Virus record (IMG/VR): IMGVR_UViG_3300022822_000008
Strand: one strand, 5' to 3'
Source: a virus
Lineage: Duplodnaviria; Heunggongvirae; Uroviricota; Caudoviricetes
DNA: 64,000 nucleotides
This document shows, piece by piece, positions 58,501 to 64,000 of the stretch; within the stretch, counting starts at the first letter, position 1, and the number at the start of each line of letters is the position of its first letter. The translations under genes and the position numbers were made by a program. Under the pieces are notes generated by a model. That model was not told where the DNA came from. It saw nothing but the letters and a program-made list of their open reading frames with translations, and searched no databases.

Positions 58501-58887
58501 ATTGCTACTGGAGATGTCACTGCATTCTATTCAGATGAAAGGCTTAAAAACTTTGAAGGTAAAATAGATAATGCATTAGATAAAATATCCAAAATGAACG
58601 GTTATTATTATAAGGGAAATGATGTTGCTAAATCTTTAGGTTATAACAACGAAGAACGCCAAGTAGGTGTTAATGCTCAAGAAGTTCAAAAAGTGATGCC
58701 TGAAGTTGTCGTTAAAGCTCCTGTGAGTTATAGAGATGATGTTGATGAAGATTACTTAACAGTTCATTATGATAAATTAGTACCTGTTTTAATTGAGGGT
58801 ATTAAAGAACAACAAACACAGATAGAAGATCAACAGAAACAAATTGACGAATTAAAAGAAATGGTCAAGTTGTTAATGAATAAATAG
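49513..58887 (+). CDS. Very long tail fibre (about 3120 aa) with about 22 APxFxD...YxDP linkers and a C-terminal S74 chaperone
   Basis: KKFIVKNGL N-terminus, DADTIDG.DS.QFLR.D, SDERLKN...GVNAQEVQ.V.PEVV...Y.KLVPVLIE.IKE; ATG 49513 preferred over GTG 49504. Confidence 0.88.
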   Translation: MANNKKFIVKNGLITPESVIAGTELDNGTDTLQISGSSTLLGEVNIASIIPGIPTLDVVNTGATDAIVARFRGESASLEIKNLSEGDYSLLNTGQDNGIVFYDDTTGLELVYGNSARLSINSTGNNFTGNSTIDGNRILTTADEGSGNGLDADTIDGIDSSQFLRNDQDGTLDGNFVVTGDFTVNGTTTTVNTETVLIADNIITLNSDETGTPSQNSGIEIERGTSANVSLIWNETSDHWEISGTGRIITTADEGSGNGFDADTVDGIEASQFLRSDQNDTTTGSLTVEGDLIVGDDVGSANINFNNAGQNRQISSQNSDIGFLMPNFNFGAFSTASGDWVVARDNISTANTVSQADIIAWNDISANNNISSGNDISATNNISAGQDIQATNNVTAGNDVIATGDVTGENLSSTNDINAGNDITATGDVTGENLFAVNDATVGGTLFANDIVTEEDITANNIFASRFVDSDDISFYGDFAGISQFNGVDIQGRIRSIDDLNTYLEFPSADTFEVTTNGITRLTVNNISIESDVNMVAPRFVDGNNSTYYGDFAGTSIVNDINLDGQISSVGDPNTYIEFNSSDTFRIVTGASARLTVNNVSVVSSVDVFAPIYYDNNDTSFYGNFAETSVMNIINANTLNVDDINLGNRITSEGDANTYLEFDSEDSFRIVTGASARLTVDNNSVRSSVDIFAPRFLDSEDNSYLVDPSGLSIMDSLNIDDKIYHNGDVTTYLDFATTESFDFVTAGVSKLTINNSNVTSTVDVIAPRFVDSADSTYFLDPFSTSVLNRINLVGAIRNSGDADTLIQFPTTGQIGFNTNGTNRLLIEDSIISSSVDLHSTRFVDLNNTAYYADFGNATTSISALGKVVIGAGDEIRRDDNTGNGGVTIASFASENATNNPFLSVSGGNGSRSLAYLNRIDIGTNPSLASNRYMEFINDGINSVSFSGDQFNNFYTVMDSGDYGIYNSGFDALLVVQNDGTIVVGDSSALYSISDATPIVGTNTNNILNVNGSIQLNDNNDAIVFGRGTSSFLKHNELSFGLGGGLHMTESGTLRISNDVKLRTTVDIEAARFVDVNDGSFLIDPAGTSRVNLIDLAGRIRHDGDTDTDIRFGADRFSVVTGGSERLIVENSLVTSTVELRAPQLVDRDDTAFFVNPSGASNFRNLNVLSGDATAQLSVGRDSGQKIQLLVEDGPGYLRYIQDEGGNFNHSFNFEIVSPANQESSSFNFNRTINVVGDFNTDGDVSTEGSITADEFIDGNVAGYSIIPSDVSRFNIINLDDQIRHQGDEDTYLQFNTANSWRVVTGGSQRLVITNTSATFANDIIGPIFRDSSDPNNRYVNPGNDTQINQLIAFGSSSFRSVGTPLRVYSTGTGNTNSNTGIGLEAYAPDLGTSTTGAGISFHRAGSYAINMGLDSDNVFRIGGWSAPDNLLVINTSGAVTALDSLNAPVFQDSQDTSYFVDPNGSSLLATLRVVNQIGVGSETTTFIAPPTGSYGSIKVEGESNGWAGYAIRDNWIFMANGAERAGIYNDTDNEWSLQIYRNGGVDLYHNGTVEFQTAGGYAQASTALRAPIFQDTSSTSRFLSPNAGNGNVALSITGEIERVGFATGAGSDNYILKSEDRNQWIWASGGSYNWGIFWASENNPAYSHFGGTNPDELVFVGGGTTRSSIDLSNGDAWFDGNLTASSVSLDAGDGEAILFNPAYGSGGADLVLFDATTYFESRTTQANAPNENNLTNDKSEYSKTTEGPFAGAFVLRTNQYRNFYSDFIPVAPGEELYGEISIKYISGSGGITYYGVERYDSERRAITSNAGMTYFVTSGSNDTNPNWVTRRGSTILPTTHTPYQGSDGGGVYYVRIRVLLNYSSEGALREFGGIMLKRRNAESSLTVDDLLVMDDLNVDGDLTTSGTIISNSGINAPIFRDTADTNFYVDPANTSRSGRLRGDILIGSNSSGYSLQVGGDGREFQNNTTTGSIAMTSNLHMDSASGRNTYINYYDGDSLYIGTGNGSSHSRWRNDGALNIGSDAVSSYFLNVEGTVRSSGDMRAPRYIDDNDPTYYVNPAGTSELNEILVGGRSIRLSRMSGGRGSLNINGGQVGSYEGYVINNRVSFLHNNGTVAGLYNDVNNQWLLYADFNSRLRLFYAGVQQASTESGYFLAQNQMRAPIYYDSDDTQYQVNPNSTSQLNDVRANIFRDRADANFYLNATSSQWQVNTPSGYVRIGPANSGFTHYNTDRPLHYFGQPVQVNGDIKIYQSLARMSGDQMYATRFNDANNTSYYIDPDSTSVLNTLDLRGRLLVADVENYDATTVNALTDAPISTRNIDYRIGTTDTFLPLTYQTARNQSGYRTHLSTGLLKNAGNSWNENGWFMAIGGSDSSPTEYMTLEYGGFINSSLGQVRTSSSFDANQFRDLNNTLFYLDPASSSNLFEVNVGRLEVNNSGGDSVLKFGPGLPANDDAHIEWKGSSNAGYLRFSTSDDNGSEYMQFGDYDNTNRGGTFTEWAKMDRNLFYHTSDIRAPVFYDLDNTGFYTNAASTSNMNIVNANEFYANNWFRNINNGEGMLNEQNNTRFYSDGTSRYTMWSATNSSQILFRSNSGTPRGWVNATSNNDVGFLNDSGAWRARIVGGDYMQFDGSSIRARRLYDLDNTTYYVDPASVSTMNTIDLEGTIRHDGDANTYIQFHEQDQFRVVTGGVQQLEVNNNRVTANNIMVAGSFETSGALTVGIGATSSNIYMRDTDNTDRRIHCNSSRIGFLSSSDNWGSYSTNGGDWFSDQSVRSPIFYDSNNTGFRVDPTGTTVLSAATFSGNTTFSGGAPLRVNSTGTGNVSTNGQIGLEIYGASGGGGAGMSFHRGGSFAINMGLDSNNVFKLGGWSANDNLMTINTSGSMSVIGDFRAPIFYDSNNTGFRLDPNGTSNLETVDVTTLNTSGLITMERATSTVLRLRNTVNAGKVTIQMTDNQFGGQSGNFSYVHSDSASFGGSAAFLFEGNQPTTNLVCNGGNIIATGDVTAFYSDERLKNFEGKIDNALDKISKMNGYYYKGNDVAKSLGYNNEERQVGVNAQEVQKVMPEVVVKAPVSYRDDVDEDYLTVHYDKLVPVLIEGIKEQQTQIEDQQKQIDELKEMVKLLMNK

Positions 58888-58889
58888 CA

Positions 58890-58897
58890 TATAAATA
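58890..58897 (+). promoter_or_regulatory. T4-type late promoter
   Basis: Intergenic TATAAATA. Confidence 0.82.
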
Positions 58898-58920
58898 AAC
58901 AAAACAAAGAGGAAATAATA

Positions 58921-59289
58921 ATGAAATTTGAATATAAGTGGGAAGTAACAGGAATAAAATGTATTGATAAAGAGAACCATGAAGGTATTACCTTACTAAA
59001 TTCTGTCTGTCAAACATACTGGAAACTAACAGGAATAGATTCTGAAGGTAATGAAGGTAGCTTTTCTGGTGCGACTCCATTTTGTGCTAGTAAATGTAAA
59101 TCTGAAAAATATTGCGAGTTCAGTGAATTAACTGAGGCTGTGGTTCTTAGTTGGATTCAAGATGTAGTAGCTAATGATGCTTCCTATAAAGAACATATCG
59201 ATGCACAAATACAAAAAACAATCGACGCAACCAAAATCACCGAACCTTCTTTGCCTTGGGCTCCCGTCGATGAAGAACCTGCTGAATAA
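58921..59289 (+). CDS. Small fibre-associated protein (possible assembly chaperone)
   Basis: Y.W.VT, F.ELTE..VL.WI, C-terminal LPW; directly follows the fibre gene. Confidence 0.7.
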   Translation: MKFEYKWEVTGIKCIDKENHEGITLLNSVCQTYWKLTGIDSEGNEGSFSGATPFCASKCKSEKYCEFSELTEAVVLSWIQDVVANDASYKEHIDAQIQKTIDATKITEPSLPWAPVDEEPAE

Positions 59290-59300
59290 GGATAAATGCT

Positions 59301-59630
59301 ATGTTTTATCAATGGAAAATTATAGGCCTAAATACTGAAACCGGTATCGTTGGGAAAGTAGTAAAAAATTCCATAGTTAATCGTATCGATTGGGTAAAAA
59401 ATTCTGAAGATGAATACGGAATAAAAGGTTCTTATCTTGGACATACTGTCTTATCAGAACCAAAATCCAATACTGAGTTTATCGCATTTTCTGCTTTGTC
59501 AGAAGAAGTGATAATTTCTTGGATTGAGAATACAATATCTGATAGTGAAAATGGAATAATAAATAGTGCGCTAGATGAACAATGTAAAAGACAGCGTATT
59601 ACTAAACGTCAACCACCTTGGTCTGTATAA
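59301..59630 (+). CDS. Paralog of the preceding small protein
   Basis: YQWKI, F..LSEE.IISWI, C-terminal PPW. Confidence 0.68.
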   Translation: MFYQWKIIGLNTETGIVGKVVKNSIVNRIDWVKNSEDEYGIKGSYLGHTVLSEPKSNTEFIAFSALSEEVIISWIENTISDSENGIINSALDEQCKRQRITKRQPPWSV

Positions 59631-59633
59631 ATA
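59626..59633 (+). promoter_or_regulatory. T4-type late promoter
   Basis: TATAAATA overlapping the upstream stop, about 32 nt before ATG 59666. Confidence 0.75.
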
Positions 59634-59665
59634 ATAATACAACCTGACTATATTATGGAGTTAAT

Positions 59666-60700
59666 ATGCATGACATTAAATTGCATGGTCTCGCGACTTA
59701 TGCACTGAAAAATGGTGGAAGTATCCACCCTATAACCCTCCCGCCAGAATTGACAGGCGAAACTGGAATAATGAATCCGTCTATTTTTGTTAGAGACGGG
59801 CAAGTTCTTATGAATATTCGCCATGTTAATTATGCCATGTATCATAGTGAAGCTAGGAAATTCGTCCACCAATTCGGTCCTCTCCATTACATACATCCTG
59901 AAAATGACGTAACTTTGACTACTCATAATATTATGTGTACTCTCGACGATAACTTAAACGTCACTCATTCCGGTAAACTAAATATGAAACTAGATACAGG
60001 AAACCCGACTTGGAATTTTGTCGGTCTTGAGGATGGGCGTCTGTTTGACTGGGAAGGTCGTTTGTTTTTATGCGGAGTGAGACGTGATTGTTATGATGAC
60101 AAAGGCACTGGTCGTATGGAAATGTGTGAAATAGAATTTAAAGATGGAGAATGGATTGAAATCGGAAGATTCCCAATACCTGTTCCTGATGGTGCTGAGT
60201 CATATTGCGAAAAGAATTGGATGCCAGTACTTGATATGCCATGGCATTTTGTGAAATGGACTAATCCTACACAAGTAGTTCGCTTTGATATTGAAACTGG
60301 AGCTTGCACATCTGTAGTTCTTGACCCCAATAGATTATATTCTTTCCCGCGTGACATCCGTGGAGGCTCACAAGTCGTCAGAATAAATGATACCCAAAGA
60401 ATGGCATTGACGCATGAAGTTGATCTTCATAAAGACACCTTCGGCAGAAAGAACGGTAATTATATGCACCGATTTATTGTATGGGATAATGATTGGAATA
60501 TTGTACATAAGACAGATGATTTCTTTTTTATGGGCGCTCAAAGAGATCGAACAAGCGGTCTGCAATACACGATTGAATTCGGAACTGGCATAGCATTCCA
60601 TAATGACGATGTTCTAATATCGTATGGATTGCAAGACAATGCATGCTTTATATTAAAAATGCCAAGTAAGTTATTTTATGAATTTTTGATGAAAGGATAG
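59666..60700 (+). CDS. Five-bladed beta-propeller, glycoside hydrolase/phosphorylase-like (GH130/GH43 clan-like)
   Basis: NPSI, GLEDGRLF, EKNWMP, RGGSQ, IEF..G, ISYG.QD. Confidence 0.7.
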   Translation: MHDIKLHGLATYALKNGGSIHPITLPPELTGETGIMNPSIFVRDGQVLMNIRHVNYAMYHSEARKFVHQFGPLHYIHPENDVTLTTHNIMCTLDDNLNVTHSGKLNMKLDTGNPTWNFVGLEDGRLFDWEGRLFLCGVRRDCYDDKGTGRMEMCEIEFKDGEWIEIGRFPIPVPDGAESYCEKNWMPVLDMPWHFVKWTNPTQVVRFDIETGACTSVVLDPNRLYSFPRDIRGGSQVVRINDTQRMALTHEVDLHKDTFGRKNGNYMHRFIVWDNDWNIVHKTDDFFFMGAQRDRTSGLQYTIEFGTGIAFHNDDVLISYGLQDNACFILKMPSKLFYEFLMKG

Positions 60701-61918
60701 ATGATTATGTTACAACAATTATTAAACGAACATGTATTAGATTCTAAAAATACAACCAAACTATTTAATCTTGCTCGAGAATATGACAAACAAGGTCAAG
60801 GTTCTGGCGCGATCACTTTGTATATGCGAGCTGCAGATCTAGAAGAAGAAGATACTTTTTTGCAATATAAGTGTATGATTTTATCAGCACGTATTTGCGA
60901 ACGCCAGACAAATAGACAATATACAATGCTAGGTTTCTTGCAACATGCCGTAGGTTTATTACCTAGCAGACCTGAAGCTCACTATCATTTATCAAAATAC
61001 TATGAAATCAAAACAGACTGGAGACAGTCTTTGATACATGCTCAACTCGGACTTGTTAATCATGAAATGAATTGTCCTGAATTGGGTTATCCAAGTGCTT
61101 ATGTTTTAGAATATCAGAAGGCGCTTGCTGCGTGGTGTATCTCAGGTACCGACGTCTGCCGTAAAGCCTTTTTTAATCTTAGATATAAAACTGAAATGGA
61201 TGAGGCTCATGAAAATAAAGTAGCGGGTGTCATAGGAACAATTGGTTACCCCCATGCTATCGAATACACAAGAAGTGATTTGAAGCAACTGAAGAATAAA
61301 TTTCATGGCGTCGAAAGGATAGACAAAAATTATTCTCAGCATATGCAAGATATGTTTGTTCTTACTATGTTGAACGGCAAGGAAAATGGAACTTACTTAG
61401 AATTTGGATCAGGCGAACCTTTCCTGCATAACAATACTGCATTACTTGAAACTAAATTTGGTTGGAAAGGTATATCTCTTGACAACCGAGACATACCATG
61501 TTATAATTTTAATGTCGAAAGAAAAAATACTATATTGAACGTAGATGCAACCCAAATCGACTATGAGCGTTTCTTTAAAGAACACAATATCGCACAGGTT
61601 ACCGACTATCTTCAATTAGACATCGATGAGCCGACGCTATCAATACTTAAAAAATTACCTCTTGACAATTACAAATTTCGCGTGATTACTTTCGAACACG
61701 ATCTCTATGATCAAGGACCCGAAGTAAGAGACGAAGCGCGCAAATATCTAAAATCTCACGGATACACACTATACGTGAACGACCTCGCACTAAAACCCAA
61801 TACCTCATATGAAGATTGGTGGATTCACCCAGACTTAGTTGATATCAATAATGCCACGCCAGGTAAAAATGAGATCAACTTTGTGTGGGATTATATGATG
61901 AAATCCAAAAATGAATAA
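60701..61918 (+). CDS. TPR-repeat plus FkbM-like SAM-dependent methyltransferase
   Basis: TPR helices (P.RPEA.Y.LS..Y); YSQ..QD.FV, YLEFGS, NNT.LLE, DYLQLDID, ITFEHD, EDWW.HP. Confidence 0.78.
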   Translation: MIMLQQLLNEHVLDSKNTTKLFNLAREYDKQGQGSGAITLYMRAADLEEEDTFLQYKCMILSARICERQTNRQYTMLGFLQHAVGLLPSRPEAHYHLSKYYEIKTDWRQSLIHAQLGLVNHEMNCPELGYPSAYVLEYQKALAAWCISGTDVCRKAFFNLRYKTEMDEAHENKVAGVIGTIGYPHAIEYTRSDLKQLKNKFHGVERIDKNYSQHMQDMFVLTMLNGKENGTYLEFGSGEPFLHNNTALLETKFGWKGISLDNRDIPCYNFNVERKNTILNVDATQIDYERFFKEHNIAQVTDYLQLDIDEPTLSILKKLPLDNYKFRVITFEHDLYDQGPEVRDEARKYLKSHGYTLYVNDLALKPNTSYEDWWIHPDLVDINNATPGKNEINFVWDYMMKSKNE

Positions 61919-61962
61919 ATAAGTGTAATAATTGCTAATAGTTCAGATTAAGGAGAACGACG

Positions 61963-62340
61963 ATGGCTATAAAAATAGGTGGCACAACTGTTATTGACAA
62001 TTCAGGTCACTCAATTGTAAACCAAATAAGTGGAATTTACAACGACCTGATACCTTCTGTAGTATCAGCTGCAGGTACTATCATTAATATGATTAATCCA
62101 TCAATCACAAGGTCGATGCCAGCAAACGAAACTTATTCATTTACTAGCCGACAACGTGGAAGAATGACTGTATTATTTCTTGATACAACATCTTCAAGTT
62201 TCACTCCTACTTTCCCATCTGAACAAATTTTCTGGGCCGGTGATGTGGTACCAAATTGGTCAAGTACTAGATATTGGCTCATAACTTTTATTGCATGGGA
62301 TTCTTCTAACGTCCAAGCAGCTGCTACGGGATACAATTAA
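61963..62340 (+). CDS. Small virion protein, MAIKI..TT.IDD family, paralog 1
   Basis: MAIKIGGTTVIDNS, LDTTS..TPTF, WAGD..PNW....YWL. Confidence 0.72.
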   Translation: MAIKIGGTTVIDNSGHSIVNQISGIYNDLIPSVVSAAGTIINMINPSITRSMPANETYSFTSRQRGRMTVLFLDTTSSSFTPTFPSEQIFWAGDVVPNWSSTRYWLITFIAWDSSNVQAAATGYN

Positions 62341-62342
62341 TC

Positions 62343-62711
62343 ATGGCCATTAAAATTAGCAATGACACTATCATTGATGATAATCGCGCTTTGGTAACGC
62401 CAAGAATTGACGGTACTTATATAAATTATCATCCTAATGTAGTAAACTCAGGTGATATAGATTTGACTAACCCAGCTCATGTCAGAGTAATGCAAGGAAA
62501 TACTACTTATAATCTATCAAACGCAACAGTCCCAAGGAGTGCTTTCATATTGCTTGATACTACTTCATCAGATCTTACGCCTACATTCAACACAGTTGTT
62601 TGGGCAGGTGATGGAACTCCTCCTAATTGGTTTTTGCATAGATATTGGCTTGTTTCAATTACGGTAACCTCAGCAGGAAACTTTGCTGCAGCCTCTGGTT
62701 ATGATTTCTAA
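62343..62711 (+). CDS. Small virion protein, MAIKI family, paralog 2
   Basis: MAIKISNDTIIDDNR, LDTTS..TPTF, WAGD..PPNW....YWL. Confidence 0.72.
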   Translation: MAIKISNDTIIDDNRALVTPRIDGTYINYHPNVVNSGDIDLTNPAHVRVMQGNTTYNLSNATVPRSAFILLDTTSSDLTPTFNTVVWAGDGTPPNWFLHRYWLVSITVTSAGNFAAASGYDF

Positions 62712-62722
62712 GGAGATAATTT

Positions 62723-63535
62723 ATGGCAATTAAAATTGCTGGTACTACAGTTATAGATGATTCGCGCAACTTTTTAAATATAACTAGCACTACAGGACAA
62801 TACTATACATTCAATCCAGTTGTTGATACAGCAGGGTCTGCGCTAGATTTTAATAATCCCGTTTACTATAGACAACTCAATGCTAATCTCACATTGACTT
62901 CATATACAAATACTGATGTAGGCAAATCAAAGATACTACTGCTTAATCTAAATGGCTTTACTTTAGGTTTTGGCTCTGGTATAACTTGGCAAGGCGGTCT
63001 GATACCAGATTTCACAACCTTTCAATATTGGGTTATATCATTTACCTGCTATACAGGCGGCAGATTGTTAGGTGTTGCTATGGGTAGTAATCACGGCGAA
63101 GGTCCAGCTAGTTATTTAATACCACTTACACACCCAACAGGATTGTATGCAGTAAATATTTCACCTGGCGAGGATGCGTTCGCAAGTCTGACAATAAAGA
63201 CTGATGGAACCATCGACACACTAATAAATGATGAACAAGGACCAAGAACTACAAATACTGATTGGCTTGACGTTGCTGGAGGCGGTGTTGCTAGCGAATA
63301 TGAAGTAGTAACTATACTAGACAGTGGAGTTGCTCCTAACATAGGAACTATAGGTACTTTCACACTATCAAATAATTATATAATAGGCAACAGCGTTATA
63401 GCTGCAAACGTGGAGAATAGAGAATCTAATATAATTCTGCGCATACAAGAAATTGCAAACCCAAGCAACTTCGTTGAAATTACACCAGGTACGTTTGGTA
63501 ATCTACAAATAGTAGCAGACAACACAGGAAATTAA
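62723..63535 (+). CDS. MAIKI family paralog 3 with an extra C-terminal beta domain
   Basis: MAIKIAGTTVIDDSRN, W.GG..PDF...YW; C-terminal WL...ASEYEV domain. Confidence 0.72.
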   Translation: MAIKIAGTTVIDDSRNFLNITSTTGQYYTFNPVVDTAGSALDFNNPVYYRQLNANLTLTSYTNTDVGKSKILLLNLNGFTLGFGSGITWQGGLIPDFTTFQYWVISFTCYTGGRLLGVAMGSNHGEGPASYLIPLTHPTGLYAVNISPGEDAFASLTIKTDGTIDTLINDEQGPRTTNTDWLDVAGGGVASEYEVVTILDSGVAPNIGTIGTFTLSNNYIIGNSVIAANVENRESNIILRIQEIANPSNFVEITPGTFGNLQIVADNTGN

Positions 63536-63538
63536 TAC

Positions 63539-63997
63539 ATGAGCTTAACACACAACTTTGCAGTTTTTGCTAACAACAATATTGGGCAGAATATAGCCGC
63601 AATTTTCGTTTCCTTAACCTTTGACACAAACGGTGATGCATTTGCAATATCGCCTCAAGACGCAATTGCGGCTATAAATTTTAACCCTCAAGGTGTTGTT
63701 TCAGTAGAGAAAAACGATGTAGCTGATTCAACTTCAAATTGGTTAAGCAATGTAACTGGTATAGAAGCTTCGGATTATAGGATAAATGTAACTTCGACTG
63801 GGGATACATTAAGTCCTTCGAGTTCACCTTTAAATACTAATCTAAGCCTTGGCGTTTTCAGACAGTGGATATTAGAGGCTGACGATGGCGGATTTGAAAG
63901 CAGAACTGCAGATGTAACTATAACAGTTACAGAGATTGCAAACACTTCAAATACAGCAACAAGAACAATAACGCTTACAGCTGAAACTGAATCATAA
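63539..63997 (+). CDS. Standalone homolog of the C-terminal domain of 62723..63535
   Basis: NWL....EASDYRI and I...EIAN.SN match the preceding protein. Confidence 0.65.
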   Translation: MSLTHNFAVFANNNIGQNIAAIFVSLTFDTNGDAFAISPQDAIAAINFNPQGVVSVEKNDVADSTSNWLSNVTGIEASDYRINVTSTGDTLSPSSSPLNTNLSLGVFRQWILEADDGGFESRTADVTITVTEIANTSNTATRTITLTAETES

Positions 63998-64000
63998 CAT

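Noticed and set aside
1-64000. tRNA/rRNA genes, introns, inteins, homing endonucleases, stop-codon reassignment
   Set aside because: None recognisable by eye; core genes are uninterrupted and of normal length in the standard code

Overview
This is an AT-rich, densely coding 64-kb segment of a large T4-like (Tevenvirus-supergroup) myovirus, probably aquatic. Positions 1-9.3 kb (+) form a replication module: the end of gp43, dexA, gp45, gp44, gp62, regA, dCMP deaminase and dUTPase. It is driven by sigma70-consensus promoters and interrupted by a sugar-nucleotide/glycosyltransferase cluster that probably hypermodifies DNA. Positions 9.3-13.9 kb (-) carry a gp29-like tape measure, gp51/gp26, a gp54-like gene, gp2 and gp4. 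Positions 13.9-64 kb (+) carry baseplate genes (gp48, a split gp53, gp27-like, gp5, gp25, gp6, gp7, gp8), a VrlC-like protein and a very large fibre/appendage module with T4 late promoters (TATAAATA). The most striking observation is a 2274-aa probable virion protein with ten tandem 139-161-aa repeats. These match the phycobiliprotein (phycocyanin/allophycocyanin) globin signature, including the bilin-attachment C-x-R-D motif in nine of them. The gene lies next to a Gly-X-Gln collagen fibre carrying an intact amicyanin-type blue-copper ligand set, which suggests a pigmented or redox-active virion appendage. Also notable: an apparent -1 programmed frameshift fusing gp26 to gp51 just upstream of the tape measure gene (lambda G/GT-like), a probable ATC start codon, and a phased palindromic operator-like array. 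All protein family calls are by eye from motifs and synteny; no searches were run.
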